A stretch of 64,000 bases of DNA from Lobosporangium transversale (Eukaryota). This document shows, piece by piece, positions 1 to 11,833 of this stretch (positions are counted from its first letter, which is position 1; every line of letters begins with the position of its first letter). Below the pieces are notes generated by a model. The model did no database searches. It saw only the letters and a program-made list of their open reading frames with translations, and was not told the origin of the DNA. The translations under genes were made by a program, and so were the position numbers. Location: NCBI RefSeq assembly GCF_002105155.1, contig NW_019028980.1:434001-498000 (forward strand), read 5' to 3'.

Positions 1-650
1 AAGCTGTGCTTCGCATTGCTCAGAGACTTTCTGTAACAGCTTGTACTACCTTGTACCCCCGTGCATTATCATCTAAGATGCTTTCTAAACGAGCCATCGC
101 TGTAAGTGACATCTAATAAGCTGTCTTGCTGCCTGTTCCGTCACAGGCATCCTAGGAACTTCAGGTTCCTCGTGTACTAGTTCCTCTAAAAGAGGCTGTT
201 CTCTAACTTCCCAATGTTCAGGGTAAAAAAAAAATTGGTATGAGGGAGCTCTAACGTCGCTAATGCGATATGCTTGCAGCACATTTTTGCTCGAAAGAAA
301 TCAAGACATGTGGATCCATTGAACTGGTTCGCCTTCCAGTTGACTGTCGCCTCATACAATTTGTCTGGGTCAATGAAAAACTTTACACGAAAAACCTTGC
401 CATTTGTTGTCGGAGACATAAGGACAGCCACAGGGCCCTCTAACTGTTCCTCTCAATATAATCCAAGGCCTTGATTTTGGCCGCCAGTCCTTGCTTCACT
501 CCAGGCGTCATCCTCCCAACACGAACAGTGTGATGGATGCACATATGTTGGTAGTGCGGGATGGCTTTATGGATAAGGATGTATATGACTCGACGCGTCG
601 TTGCCCCTTGCCCTGGAAAAAATGGCTCTTCAAAGTATTATGCCACGACT
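1..650 (-). mobile_element. Degenerate Mutator-like (MULE) transposase, C-terminal fragment with SWIM zinc finger
   Basis: Minus-strand translation gives *SWHNTLKSHFFQGKGQRRV..VIYILIHKAIPHYQHMCIHHTVRVGRMT, the region following the MULE catalytic Glu (E position reads TAG). It is followed by a SWIM-like STCLDFFRAKMCCKHI (ORF 186..431). Several frameshifts, one in the A-run near 226-234. Confidence 0.7.
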
Positions 651-1830
651 AAGTACTTCGTTCTGTCTCTACTTTCTTCGTCTTCACTATCACTATCATC
701 GATAAATCTGGTTCTTTCTAAACCATTATCAAACTCAGCTAGATAGCACCTCTTGAGGTAATCCAAGTCAGACTCTGGTACTAGGTGCACTGTCGCTGCC
801 GTCAATAAACATGAAATAAAAAATAAAACCTCACCAGGATCTCTATAATGCCCGAGATCATTCCCTCATCAAGGGCCTCAGATGAAGATGGTAGGTCCTC
901 TGCAGGAATAATCACTATGAATTGGAGCTGCTGCTTGTAGCAAAGGTGGTAAAAGTACATGCATATAAAGTATTGTTCAAGGAACGCAGAGTGGATAGCG
1001 ACGTGTGGCAGTGTTCAAGTGTTTATACAACTTCATATGAAACCCGAATAGTCGCCTCTGGGGAAATGAAAAAAAAAAAAAAAAACAACGATAACAACTA
1101 TGGTAGGATGGTACGATAGCATTCATACTGTTGCTTACGTTGACAGATGCATTCTGGACGCGTATAGCGCGGAAATGACTCCGTTGAAGTAGAGTCGGTA
1201 CAGTGTCCTACTTATAAAACATTTATATCAAGTCACTCAGAAGCCCTCGGTGCCTGTGTCTACAGTCAAGGTCGAATGTACATCATTTGATCGATGTTTT
1301 GAATGATAAATCATAGAGGAAATGGTCTCCTTAGTAAGTGTAAGGTTTCATAACTTGGTCGGCAAGCATCCGACGAGGGCTACAAACGTACGACATTCGA
1401 GCCTCTGTTTTCTAAATTAACATATGTATGATACTATATCAATATGACTGTTGGAAAGCGCGATCAACAATATGTTCCGTTCAAAAAGGGGTACAACTCT
1501 CAGAGGGCTTGAACATATCACCTGCATTAACCCGCATTAACGGAAGCTACAAGGAATTAATTCCAAAGATTATAGTGATATATATCCTTGACACGCTTCT
1601 CTACCCTTGTTTTAAACGATATATCCATCGCCCAGACTCGAAAAATAAACTTTAGATGTAAGATGGTTAGATGAGCAAAAAGTGTGGCTTTTAAGTTCAA
1701 GTGCGTGGGCACAATCCACCAATCATTTGAAACTGAATGAATTCTTTTCCCACCCACTCGAACGATTGTTGTACCGAGCAACTCTTTTCTTTCTTTCCGC
1801 TCCTACCCCTTCCCCCAGTTTTATCTTAAT

Positions 1831-2505
1831 ATGATTGCCACCACTTCTCAAAAACTGCGCTCCTGGTTCGCATCCATCACTTCACCTTCGGCTACTCACG
1901 CTTCTGGGATGCTCATCCTCGTCGCTATTCTCGCTGCCGTGACTGAGGCTCACGCGGATTCTGTTGCGGCTGGCTCAGAGAGGACCATCTACAGTCATCA
2001 TCATCCCAAGGACTCGTCATCATCTAACCAAGCTTCTGATGCTCATTCAAGGGATCTTCCTTTTAAATCAGAGGAACAAGAGGCAGAGACTAAAGCACTC
2101 AATAATCAGGACATGCTTTACTATGTGGCCCTGGGCATGTTGGTTTCCCAAGGTTTAATTCGCTTGATCACATTTATCTCGAACCGACGCGAGGCTGCAG
2201 CTCGTAAGGAGGACAATGGTTCAGAAAAAAAGTCTCGTAAAGATGACTTGAGTTTAAATGCACTGGAAGATTTGGATGAGGAAACCTTGAAGAGGCGGAG
2301 ACAGGAGCATTTGGCTACTTTGGCTCAACAGGCTCCGTTGTTGGGCAGCGATTCTGAAGATGAGGATTATGAGGAAGGAACTAGCGAGTCTGAATCTGAG
2401 TCTGAGGAGGATATAGATGAGGACGTATCCAATGATGAAGACTTGAATGAACTTCATGATGAGAATACGACTGGGGTCGTGCGCCGCCGCCACAACTGGA
2501 ATTGA
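1831..2505 (+). CDS. Hypothetical protein, 224 aa, two hydrophobic segments and an acidic C-terminus
   Basis: Clean ATG-TGA single-exon ORF after a pyrimidine-rich leader. Hydrophobic GMLILVAILAAV and MLYYVALGMLVSQGLI segments, D/E-rich tail. No recognised family. Confidence 0.65.
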   Translation: MIATTSQKLRSWFASITSPSATHASGMLILVAILAAVTEAHADSVAAGSERTIYSHHHPKDSSSSNQASDAHSRDLPFKSEEQEAETKALNNQDMLYYVALGMLVSQGLIRLITFISNRREAAARKEDNGSEKKSRKDDLSLNALEDLDEETLKRRRQEHLATLAQQAPLLGSDSEDEDYEEGTSESESESEEDIDEDVSNDEDLNELHDENTTGVVRRRHNWN

Positions 2506-2607
2506 GAAGTAAAAACAAAACAAAAAAAAGAAATAATAATAATAATAAAAAAAATAAAAAAAGGAAAAGAAGTCTCAATTCTCATTTCTTTTTACTCTCG
2601 ACAAGAA

Positions 2608-2670
2608 CAAGGATAAGGATAAAGATAAGAGCGAGGACAAAGACAAGGGCAAGGACAAGGGCAAGGACAG
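2608..2670. repeat. Degenerate hexamer tandem repeat (AAGGAC/AAGGGC/AAGGAT)
   Basis: aaggataaggataaagataagagcgaggacaaagacaagggcaaggacaagggcaaggac read directly. Confidence 0.7.
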
Positions 2671-3153
2671 AGGCGCGGGACGCACTTTGAACCACTTCAT
2701 CATCCATCAGCAATGTAGACGGAAATCGAATCAAGTCAACTTTTCTCTCACCAGTAGAACAAGGAGGCGTTTCCTATTCTTTATGTCTTAATCAAGAATT
2801 TTGTAAAATGACAGAAAGTCTGGCCATATCACAAACCCTACAAGAGCGCATAGGATATTCGCTATTATCAACATCACAATAAATTTATTTATTTATTTTT
2901 CATAAACTGTAAGAGGAAGAGAGAGAGTCAATAAAGAGAAAGGTCTGAAAGGGGTATGGAGTAGAGATGGAGTCGCCAGGACAAATAATAATAATAATAA
3001 AACAAGTTCAAAAAAAGGCGTACGTTTTATGCGATAATAAGAGAAGTGAATGGAAAATGAATATAAAAATTATTATACAAATGGAAAAAAAAGTGAATAA
3101 TCAGGCATATCATGGGCAAAAGAAGGAAATACTGAGAGGACGGGAAAAAAACT

Positions 3154-5186
3154 TTACGTAGAAACAACTCCTGTTATATTGGCAAGTGCTCTTTGTTGTT
3201 CCCGCAGTTGCTGCTCTCGTTGTTCACGATGTTGCTGGAGGTGTTGTTTCAAAAGTAATGACGTTCTGCGACCGGTAACTGGACTTCCAATGGCTGCTGG
3301 AGTAGGTGCATGTACTGTAGGTGATCCAGGCCGTGGTGATGAAGAGATGGATGATCGCCCAGATGTAGGGATGGAGGTAGAATAAGATGGTGGAGGTTGC
3401 AGCATCGGTGTCACTAAGGAGCGACAAGATGCCAGACGCGCCTCTAAGGACTTGACACGTCCAACCATGTCCTGCACTGCCTTGACAGGATTGTGATTTG
3501 CCGCAGTTGCTGTAGTTCCTGTAGCTCCAGTAGTGCTAAGACTTTGTCCAGCGAGACGAGCAGAGGAACGCTGTAGTGCACTGTTTGCCAAACGCGCTCT
3601 GAGCGAAGGCATTGCCTCGTAACTGCTTCCAATGGGTGTTCGGAGGGGAGTGGCTGCCTCAGGCAGGGACGATGTGCTCCCATTATACGAACTAAGGCTC
3701 GTAGAAGATCCACTGTTCGCCACAGCTGCACCCATATTTGCCTGATTTGATTTCATCACAGCTAATTCCACATTTGCATCTATTGTTATAAAACATGATA
3801 ATCAATCCGAGTCATATAGTTAGATACCCTAGCTCAAGGAAGTTATATGTCCTTGCAAACATACTGCTAAGATACTGGTGAGTTTCATCGTTACCTCGAA
3901 GCTCATCTTTCAGTCGTTGAACCTCTTCTATCAGCATATTCTTGCTAGCAACCTCGTTCTCCAGCAACACTGTCTTTTCCACTGCTGCGTTGTATTTGAT
4001 CTCTAACTCCTGTAGTGACCATTTGATTGCTCTAAAATGAACAGCAATGCGAAGCAGAACGAATGATAAGTAATAGAAACATCCAGCTAAGACTATTAAT
4101 TCAAATTATAAGTTTACTAAAAGATAGCAGACTGCTATAAAAGATCCATACCTCTCTGTTCTTTCCAAGTCATCATTGTCTTGCTCCAGTGCTCGCTCCT
4201 TTTTAATAAACATTTCTGTCTGCTGCTTCAAAATATCCAGCTGACGAGTGAGTTGATTAATATGAGCATTGGAGTCCTTGACAGATTGATGGTACTTTTC
4301 CTATTTTATGATTGATACGCAGAAAAACATGATCACAAAAAAAAAGTCAGCTGTCAATGTAAAAAGGAGGTAAATGTATTCTTTTTATCTCCGCCGAGTA
4401 CTGTGTGTTTTGTCTCTCCAAGCTCGCACTTTTCTTGTTGGTACACTAGCTAGACATAACAACCTTAAGCAACGTGCTCATTGATACTTGTGTTGTACGA
4501 ACAAGATTGGAGGCATATTGGTTTAATTACCTTCCATTCATCGATTTCCTGCCTCATAGCATCATTCCGGATTCGGATCTCATTATATCGGCGCTCTGTA
4601 GACTCTACTTCTTTTTCAAGCTCCTCTTCTAGTTCTCTGGATGACTGCTGAAATTCTTCCAGCTGGTATTTTGTATCGGCCAATTCTTCTTCCATCTTCT
4701 TGGCATGAGTCTTATAGTATTCCAGTTCTTCTTCCACATTGGTGAAGCTTAATCAACGATAAGGAGACAGAAAGAAATAGTTAGTGAGTTGTTGTTGCAG
4801 GTCATCGCTATCATTGTCTCGAAGACATGAGCCCTTTTTTTGTATATGTGTTTGCCGAAGTGTGGACGAATAAAGACTGGAGGGTGTTTGGAGGGAAAAC
4901 GAAGATAAAACAGGTGATATGAAAGTAGCAATAGCAAGCAGGAGATAAACAATAATATCGGCTGCATGTCCGTTCACAATGACATCGACTCCACAAATAG
5001 ACAGAGGAAGGATCCTTTCCCCTTGTGAGACAGCAACGGACAACTACAACTGACGACACAAAGGCATGCCAATGTGTGAAGGTAATGATTATCACCACCA
5101 TTCGAAGAAAAAAAAAAGTCATGAGGTGAGAGAGAAGGAATATTGAAGCAACCAAGTCGGGACAGGAACGAACCTATACACCTCAT
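3154..5186 (-). CDS. nudE: NudE/NDEL1 family dynein-LIS1 regulator (coiled coil)
   Basis: Signature EEELEYYK...LEEFQQSSRELEEELEKE and C-terminal MVGRVKSLEARLASCRS. Exons about 5186-5182 (ATGAG, tentative), 4747-4531, 4300-4152, 4031-3895, 3779-3154, with GT-AG introns. Confidence 0.9.
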
Positions 5187-7947
5187 TAGAGGTGGATAGT
5201 TCTTCTCAGTGTGTTTTAAACATGATTTTCAGTATACAACGGTCTGATAATTCCTTTTCTTTTTTTTTTTTTTTTTTTTTCCGTTCTTTCAGTAAGATCA
5301 ATAAGGGCTAACAAGAATGTTAAAAACGAGGTGGGATATGTGTCCTAACTGTAAACGAAGGAAGGAGGATATGGACGGTGATGCTGCCCAAAGCACAGCG
5401 AACAATTAGAGATGCGTCTGGCCCAAAACAAATAATAAAAACTGAGCGATGGGCTGATCACCCTCATAGAACTTGTATGAGAGCCAGCCCAGGGGATGTG
5501 AGCTCGTATTGATTACTTTGCTTCTTTGTTTCTGATACAGAAAGGTACAGACTGGTGGAAGAATTAGGCTAGACTGTTAGAAGTACGCCGACATTGGTAT
5601 AGTTTAAACACTACCTTTGGGTGGCACTAGAAGCCATGGTTGTAAAAGTATTAATATTATTGTATAGTTGTAATGAAGAAATGCTTTTTGAAGTCAAGGC
5701 GTTTGTAGAAATGAGTGGAGAGTTGGAGGTGAGGAGAACAAAACAATAGAGATGAAAATTAGGAATGACAATAAAATGTAGAAGGTGGCAAAGAGCATAA
5801 GAAAGAGAAAAAGAGAAAAAAAAAAAAAAAAAAAAAAAAAAAAGCCTGCGATGGCAGAGCTGATGGACCCATCACCAAACAATAACAAAATAACAAACCA
5901 TTGCTTTGGCTCCATAAATTAGACAGCTGTAACACACACAGGAACATGGCACACAGGCACGCTGCTATTGAGTCATTGACATTTCGAATCACACTGCACA
6001 ACAATAGCAGATAAACAAACGCACATGGGCAAGAGTTCTTTTTTTTTTTCTTTTTCTTTTGGTGGGTTAATGATATAAAGCTATCGGAAGCTCAAGCTAA
6101 TGGCTGCAATTCGTATGAGGGGCATATCGAGGAGTATTACATGAAGTGTAGGAGTGCACTGTCAAAGGAATATGTTTTCTGCTCTTTTTTTTATTTTTAT
6201 CTTTACGACAATTAAATGTGATGTAGTGGTGCAGACAGAAGCATATTGATGTAAATGGATATACGGTTGTGAAAAGAAGAGTGTAAATGTCTATAAATGC
6301 AGATGAAAGTGTATGGACAGGTTGAGGAAAATAATGAACGGGGGTCTGTCCCTTACCTTAGAGGGGACATGATAAAAGATAAAGATACGAGGCAAGAAGA
6401 AAGAGAGAGATGAAGAGAAAGAAGTAGAGGAAAACAAGATTAAATGGATGTTCTTTTGAAAAAGAGAGAGTGGGGGGAGAGGCGTGAGTGAAAGAAGAGA
6501 GTTAAAGAAAATGGTATGTGTCTACGAGTTTAAAAAAGATTTACAAATCACCAATGTTGTACATGTATAAACAATGATAATTGTGGCATGTCTATTGAGC
6601 ATTTGCTTGGATGCAGAGCACGCCCGAACCTGTAACCTTGATAGAAATAATCCTGTCTTAACAACTGTTTAGGACTAAACACTCTATCCCATGGCCAGTC
6701 TAAAAGATATCAATGGCTAAACAGCATGGACAGCATTGGGTAATCCCCTTGCAAATTGCATTGTAAATGATCATTAAGACGTGGCCTCGTCTGAAAGAGT
6801 TCTGTTTCAGCTTTCCATAAGATCAAAAAAAAAAAAAAAAAAAAAAAAAAACAGAATACAACTATAACTGATGGGCCAAGGCATGCTGAAATGCATGTCT
6901 TTGATACATTAGAAACTGGCTCCTATTCAGTATGCATGTGTACATGTACAGGACAATTAAAACTTTATAGGGAGCCTGAAAAAATTTAAGTGTTTATGAG
7001 AAACCACTGGCAAGACTACCAGCCTAGAATGAACCTTTAATCCTTAAATTATACTTTGTGGCTTTGCTGTATCCGGACGTAAAGGGACCCTTCCAACCAT
7101 CACGGCCTTTTCACTCTCTCCCTCCTCTTCTTCTTCCTGCCTTTCATACTTCTCCCTTTTCCTTCTCTTTTCTCTATCCTTTCATCATATTCTTGATTCT
7201 ACTAGGAATAATGCAGAAAAAGACAAGAAAGCAAGCAAGCAGACAAGCAGGCGGTGTCAAGCAGAAATTGTTTCATAAAATCACATTCTGCAGAGGAACT
7301 CGGAATGATCTGTTCATGCATCTGATGGAATGTCATTTGACTGTCAATGTGCCTATGGCCTTCAACCATCTTTGGCTTTACTTGTATAGAATCATACTAT
7401 ACCGCTTTTATTCAATATCAAAGTGGGCTTATTGTTGTCACTTAGTCGTGTTGGCTGGAAGACACACAGTATGCTTGTGCCTGGTTAAGGACACTGTCCA
7501 CGCATATTCACCACTGAGACATCTGTTCCTCCAATGAGGGCAGTCTCTGAGGGGTACAATGGGTGAAGACTGTAAACTCAATAACGCTCTCAAACAAAGC
7601 GACTAATACAAGACCAAGAAGATCCTGTCAAAGGGCTACAGATAGATCGTGAACGAAATGAAAGAGTCTGGATTTCGAAGGTGTGATGATGTCTGGATTG
7701 AAACGAAACTTCGTGAGTAAAATCCTGGACGACTGATAAGTCAACGTCATTATTAAAATCATATATGGTTTTAGGGTTCTCTATCTTTTGTCTTTACTAT
7801 TAATATTAGCAGTCCCTCTTGCCTGACTGTCAATACTAATGAGGGGGAATCCCACAATCTTGGGATAGTTCTGAGAGACTCTCCTGTTCCTGCATTGTTC
7901 AGGTTCCCAATTATCTGCGAACAGTGTGCACCCAGCTTCAAATCTAA

Positions 7948-8464
<517 letters not shown>

Positions 8465-8687
8465 GACTCATCGAATACATTATTTTGCATCAACGATCAA
8501 TCCATTCTATCATAATAAAGACATTTTTTTTTTTCTTTTTATTATTTTGCATTTTGCTTTCATGTGTCTATTTCCGTTCATACGAGTTATTCCTTTGCAG
8601 CCCATTTTAGGAAGTGGCGTCAAATAGCCGAATTAAAATCTGATCTTGCCTCTTGTTTCTCATTATACACCAAAATCATTCATTGTA

Positions 8688-11642
8688 ATGGTAAAGTCAT
8701 GGAGTAAGGGCGTTGAGCACATTTGATGAATCTTGCCAACGAAACCGGAAAACGCGCACCAACCATTTATGCCTGAACAAAAAAAAAAAAAAAAAAAAAA
8801 AATTAGGCTTTATCGAACTCCAGTAGTTGATTCCTATGCTTATACTTTTGGGTACTTAGACGACACGGACACTCGCTGGACAACTCTTGCGTTCCGCCAC
8901 TGCAAGCGGCCGCCACAGAAATGGAGCAGCGACAAGCTATACCTCTCCTATACTGGCGCCAATATTTGCGATCAGGAATTTTCGCCGCTCGATCCACAAA
9001 AGATTTGGAGTTCCTTCAAGTTCAGTTGCCTCATTCTCGACAGTCTCTACCATACAGAGACGGGCATATTCGTCTTCACACTATGGACAGCCTACGTGGA
9101 TGACACATCCTCACCTGATGAAGGAAGGTGAAAGTACGATCTAATGCTTAGTTAGCCGCTGACATACCGATCATTGTTGATTTAGAAAAAAGAAGGACTG
9201 TTTCATTGATACCGTCCACTGACACCTTTGCAACTAATATTACTCATGATTAGTCACACCGGGAATGAGCGCTAACGAATATGAGCTTCGAAGAACAACT
9301 CTAATGCAGAGTCTACCTAAGAACAGTATCGTCATCTCGACCAGCCACAAGACTCGATATATGAGTAATAATATCTTGTACGATTGTCTCGATTTCTTGA
9401 CACCAGAGCATTTCTGTTTTTCAAGACTTGTGAATTATAATATTATAATATCAAAGGATAGGAGTTAATTCATATTACTTGACTATTAGTTATCCGTTCC
9501 ATCAGCACACTGATTTCTTTTATCTATGTGGTAAGGACCCATCATCTGGAAATCTTTCCTTCCGACTAGTTTATGTATCAAACTGAGATGATATTAACTA
9601 GTGTTTGCGAAATACTTAGGATTTAACGAACCGGATTCTGCACTCATATTGGGTAAGGATAGGATCTCATGAAATACTGGAAAAAAAACTAAAAAAAAAA
9701 AAAAAGTGAGTCTAAGTGATGACCACAACACTGTATGATAGAAAAAAACGACTCATCACGCGGATACAAGATGACCATGTTCGTGGCGCCAAAGAATGCC
9801 AATATTGAGATGTGGGAAGGTGCAAGAACGGGTCTTGATGGCGCAAAAGAAATATTTGGAGCAGATGAGGTAATGGTGCAAAACTGAAAAAGGACTATTG
9901 AGGACGAAGCATTGGCTCATCGGGAGCACCAAGTGATGTTATGTTTATACCATTCATATCATTCATGCCATTATCTTTGTATTCATGCTATGCAGGCAAT
10001 CGATGCTAATTTGTTCAGATATAGGATTGCTGACATCGCGAGCCGATATGAGAATGTGTACTTTGACTACCCTACCCCATCCATGTTCATGCCATTGGAT
10101 ATTGCCAAGAAACTACATAACAAACCAGGTATAGAAGGGTCAATTGCATATTTTGCAGGATAAAATATGGATGAAATAGTATAGGACCACGTGTCTATCT
10201 ACCTACCCACCTTTATTTATCTCCTTTCCCATCTTTTCTGTTTACTCGGCTTCATACTTTCAAGCAGTATCGTCGTTTTTTTCAGGCTTGAAGCATACCT
10301 TCAGAACGATCGCTAAAAAACCTTCGCCATCTACTCTCACCTTCACTTCTCGTCCACATGACAAAATCAACACTATTGCAGACTCAGACCCCATGTCCAC
10401 AACTAAGAGTTTATCCCCACTTATTCAAGAACTGCGAGTGATCAAGAGCGAAGCTGAGATCAAAATTATGCGAGAGGCGGGCGAAATTAGCGGCAAAGCT
10501 TTTATTGAGGTGAGAACCCAAAACACATACAAGCACTGTATAAAAAATACATTAAAAAAAAAAAAGTATATTAATTTGAATTTTTGGTACGTTTGTAGAC
10601 CATGAAGTTTACAAACCCACAGAGATTTGAGCATCAGATCTATGCCAAGTTTGACTATGAATGCAGGATGCGAGGGTCGCAAATGATGGCTTATGTCCCA
10701 GTAGTTGCCGGAGGTTCGAACGCGCTAACGATGCATTATGTCAATAATGACCAACCTTTACATAACGGGGATTTGATTCTGATGGATGCTGGTGGAGAGT
10801 TGAATGGATATGCAAGCGATATCACTCGGACATGGCCCATCAATGGGAAGTTTACACAGGCACAAAAGGAACTATATGAAGTAGTACTGCATGCAAATAA
10901 GGAGTGTATCAAGGTAGGGGAGGGAGAAAAAAAAAATCGAGGGCCTGAAAATCTTTGAACGGGTCTCTCATCTCTTGGTGGTTATGAGGGGAACAAGAAT
11001 TTGAGTTCATAAGATCGTTAATATGAATTTGCCTTACTGCAGCTATGTACCGAGAATAGCGGTATGTCATTAAACCAGATCCATGATGTATCTATGCGAT
11101 TGACAAAAGAAGGGCTTTCGAGCCTAGGTATCAAGCCTTTAGCTCATGTAGGTTTGAAAATGAAGCGCTAGTGAACGACTGGAACCATTAGTAAGCCTAA
11201 ACACTCCACCAGCTTCGTGGTCTCATTAACTGTTTGTGGTTCTCAGGATGTGGATAGAAGATTGTATCCTCACCATGTCGGACATTACCTCGGCCTGGAT
11301 GTCCATGACACCGGAGACATATCGCGATCTAGAGCACTCAAGGAGGGCATGGTCATTACCATTGGTAAAGTCCTCTAGTTTAATCGACTATATATTATTG
11401 TACATTTATGGCTGTAACTCAATTACTCAACTGCATAATGTTTGATCAATTTTTTTATGAATATAATAGAGCCGGGTCTTTATATCCCTCGGGATCCTGC
11501 ATACCCAGAGAAATATCAGGGTATTGGTATCCGTATCGAGGACAATGTTGCCATTGGCAAGACTGTTCCTCATGTCCTCAGTGTCACAGCCCCTAAAGAG
11601 ATTGTCGATGTTGAGTATTGTTGTGCATCAGGAAAGGACTAA
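8688..11642 (+). CDS. ICP55: Mitochondrial intermediate cleaving peptidase 55 (M24B Xaa-Pro aminopeptidase family), multi-exon
   Basis: R/S-rich presequence, [17 protein letters not shown], metal-ligand motifs [43 protein letters not shown]. First coding exon inferred as ATG alone (8688-8690), next exon from 8860; stop TAA 11640-11642. Confidence 0.92.
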
Positions 11643-11655
11643 TAAAGAAGCAAAA

Positions 11656-11703
11656 GGAAAAAAGGAAAAAAGGAAAAAAGGAAAAAAGGAAAAAAGGAAA
11701 AAG
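11656..11703. repeat. Octamer tandem repeat (GGAAAAAA)x6 just 3' of ICP55
   Basis: Read directly from sequence. Confidence 0.85.
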
Positions 11704-11833
11704 GGAAAGGTGCCACTAGAAATAAAACTCCTAGAATAACAGCATATGTTTCGTGATTGATATGATTTATTACACTGTCAACAATTCTTTTTATCTTTTT
11801 TATTTATTTATTTTATTTTATTTTTTAGTAGTT

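Noticed and set aside
1199..1225. TA-CAGTG start resembling a Tc1/mariner TIR
   Set aside because: No matching inverted partner found in the window.
7058..7537. 159-aa ORF
   Set aside because: Non-ATG start, low-complexity UTR-like composition and no recognisable motif.
7560..7715. Myb/SANT-like fragment (IVNEMKESGFRRCDDVWIETKL)
   Set aside because: Too short and interrupted by stops to support a call.
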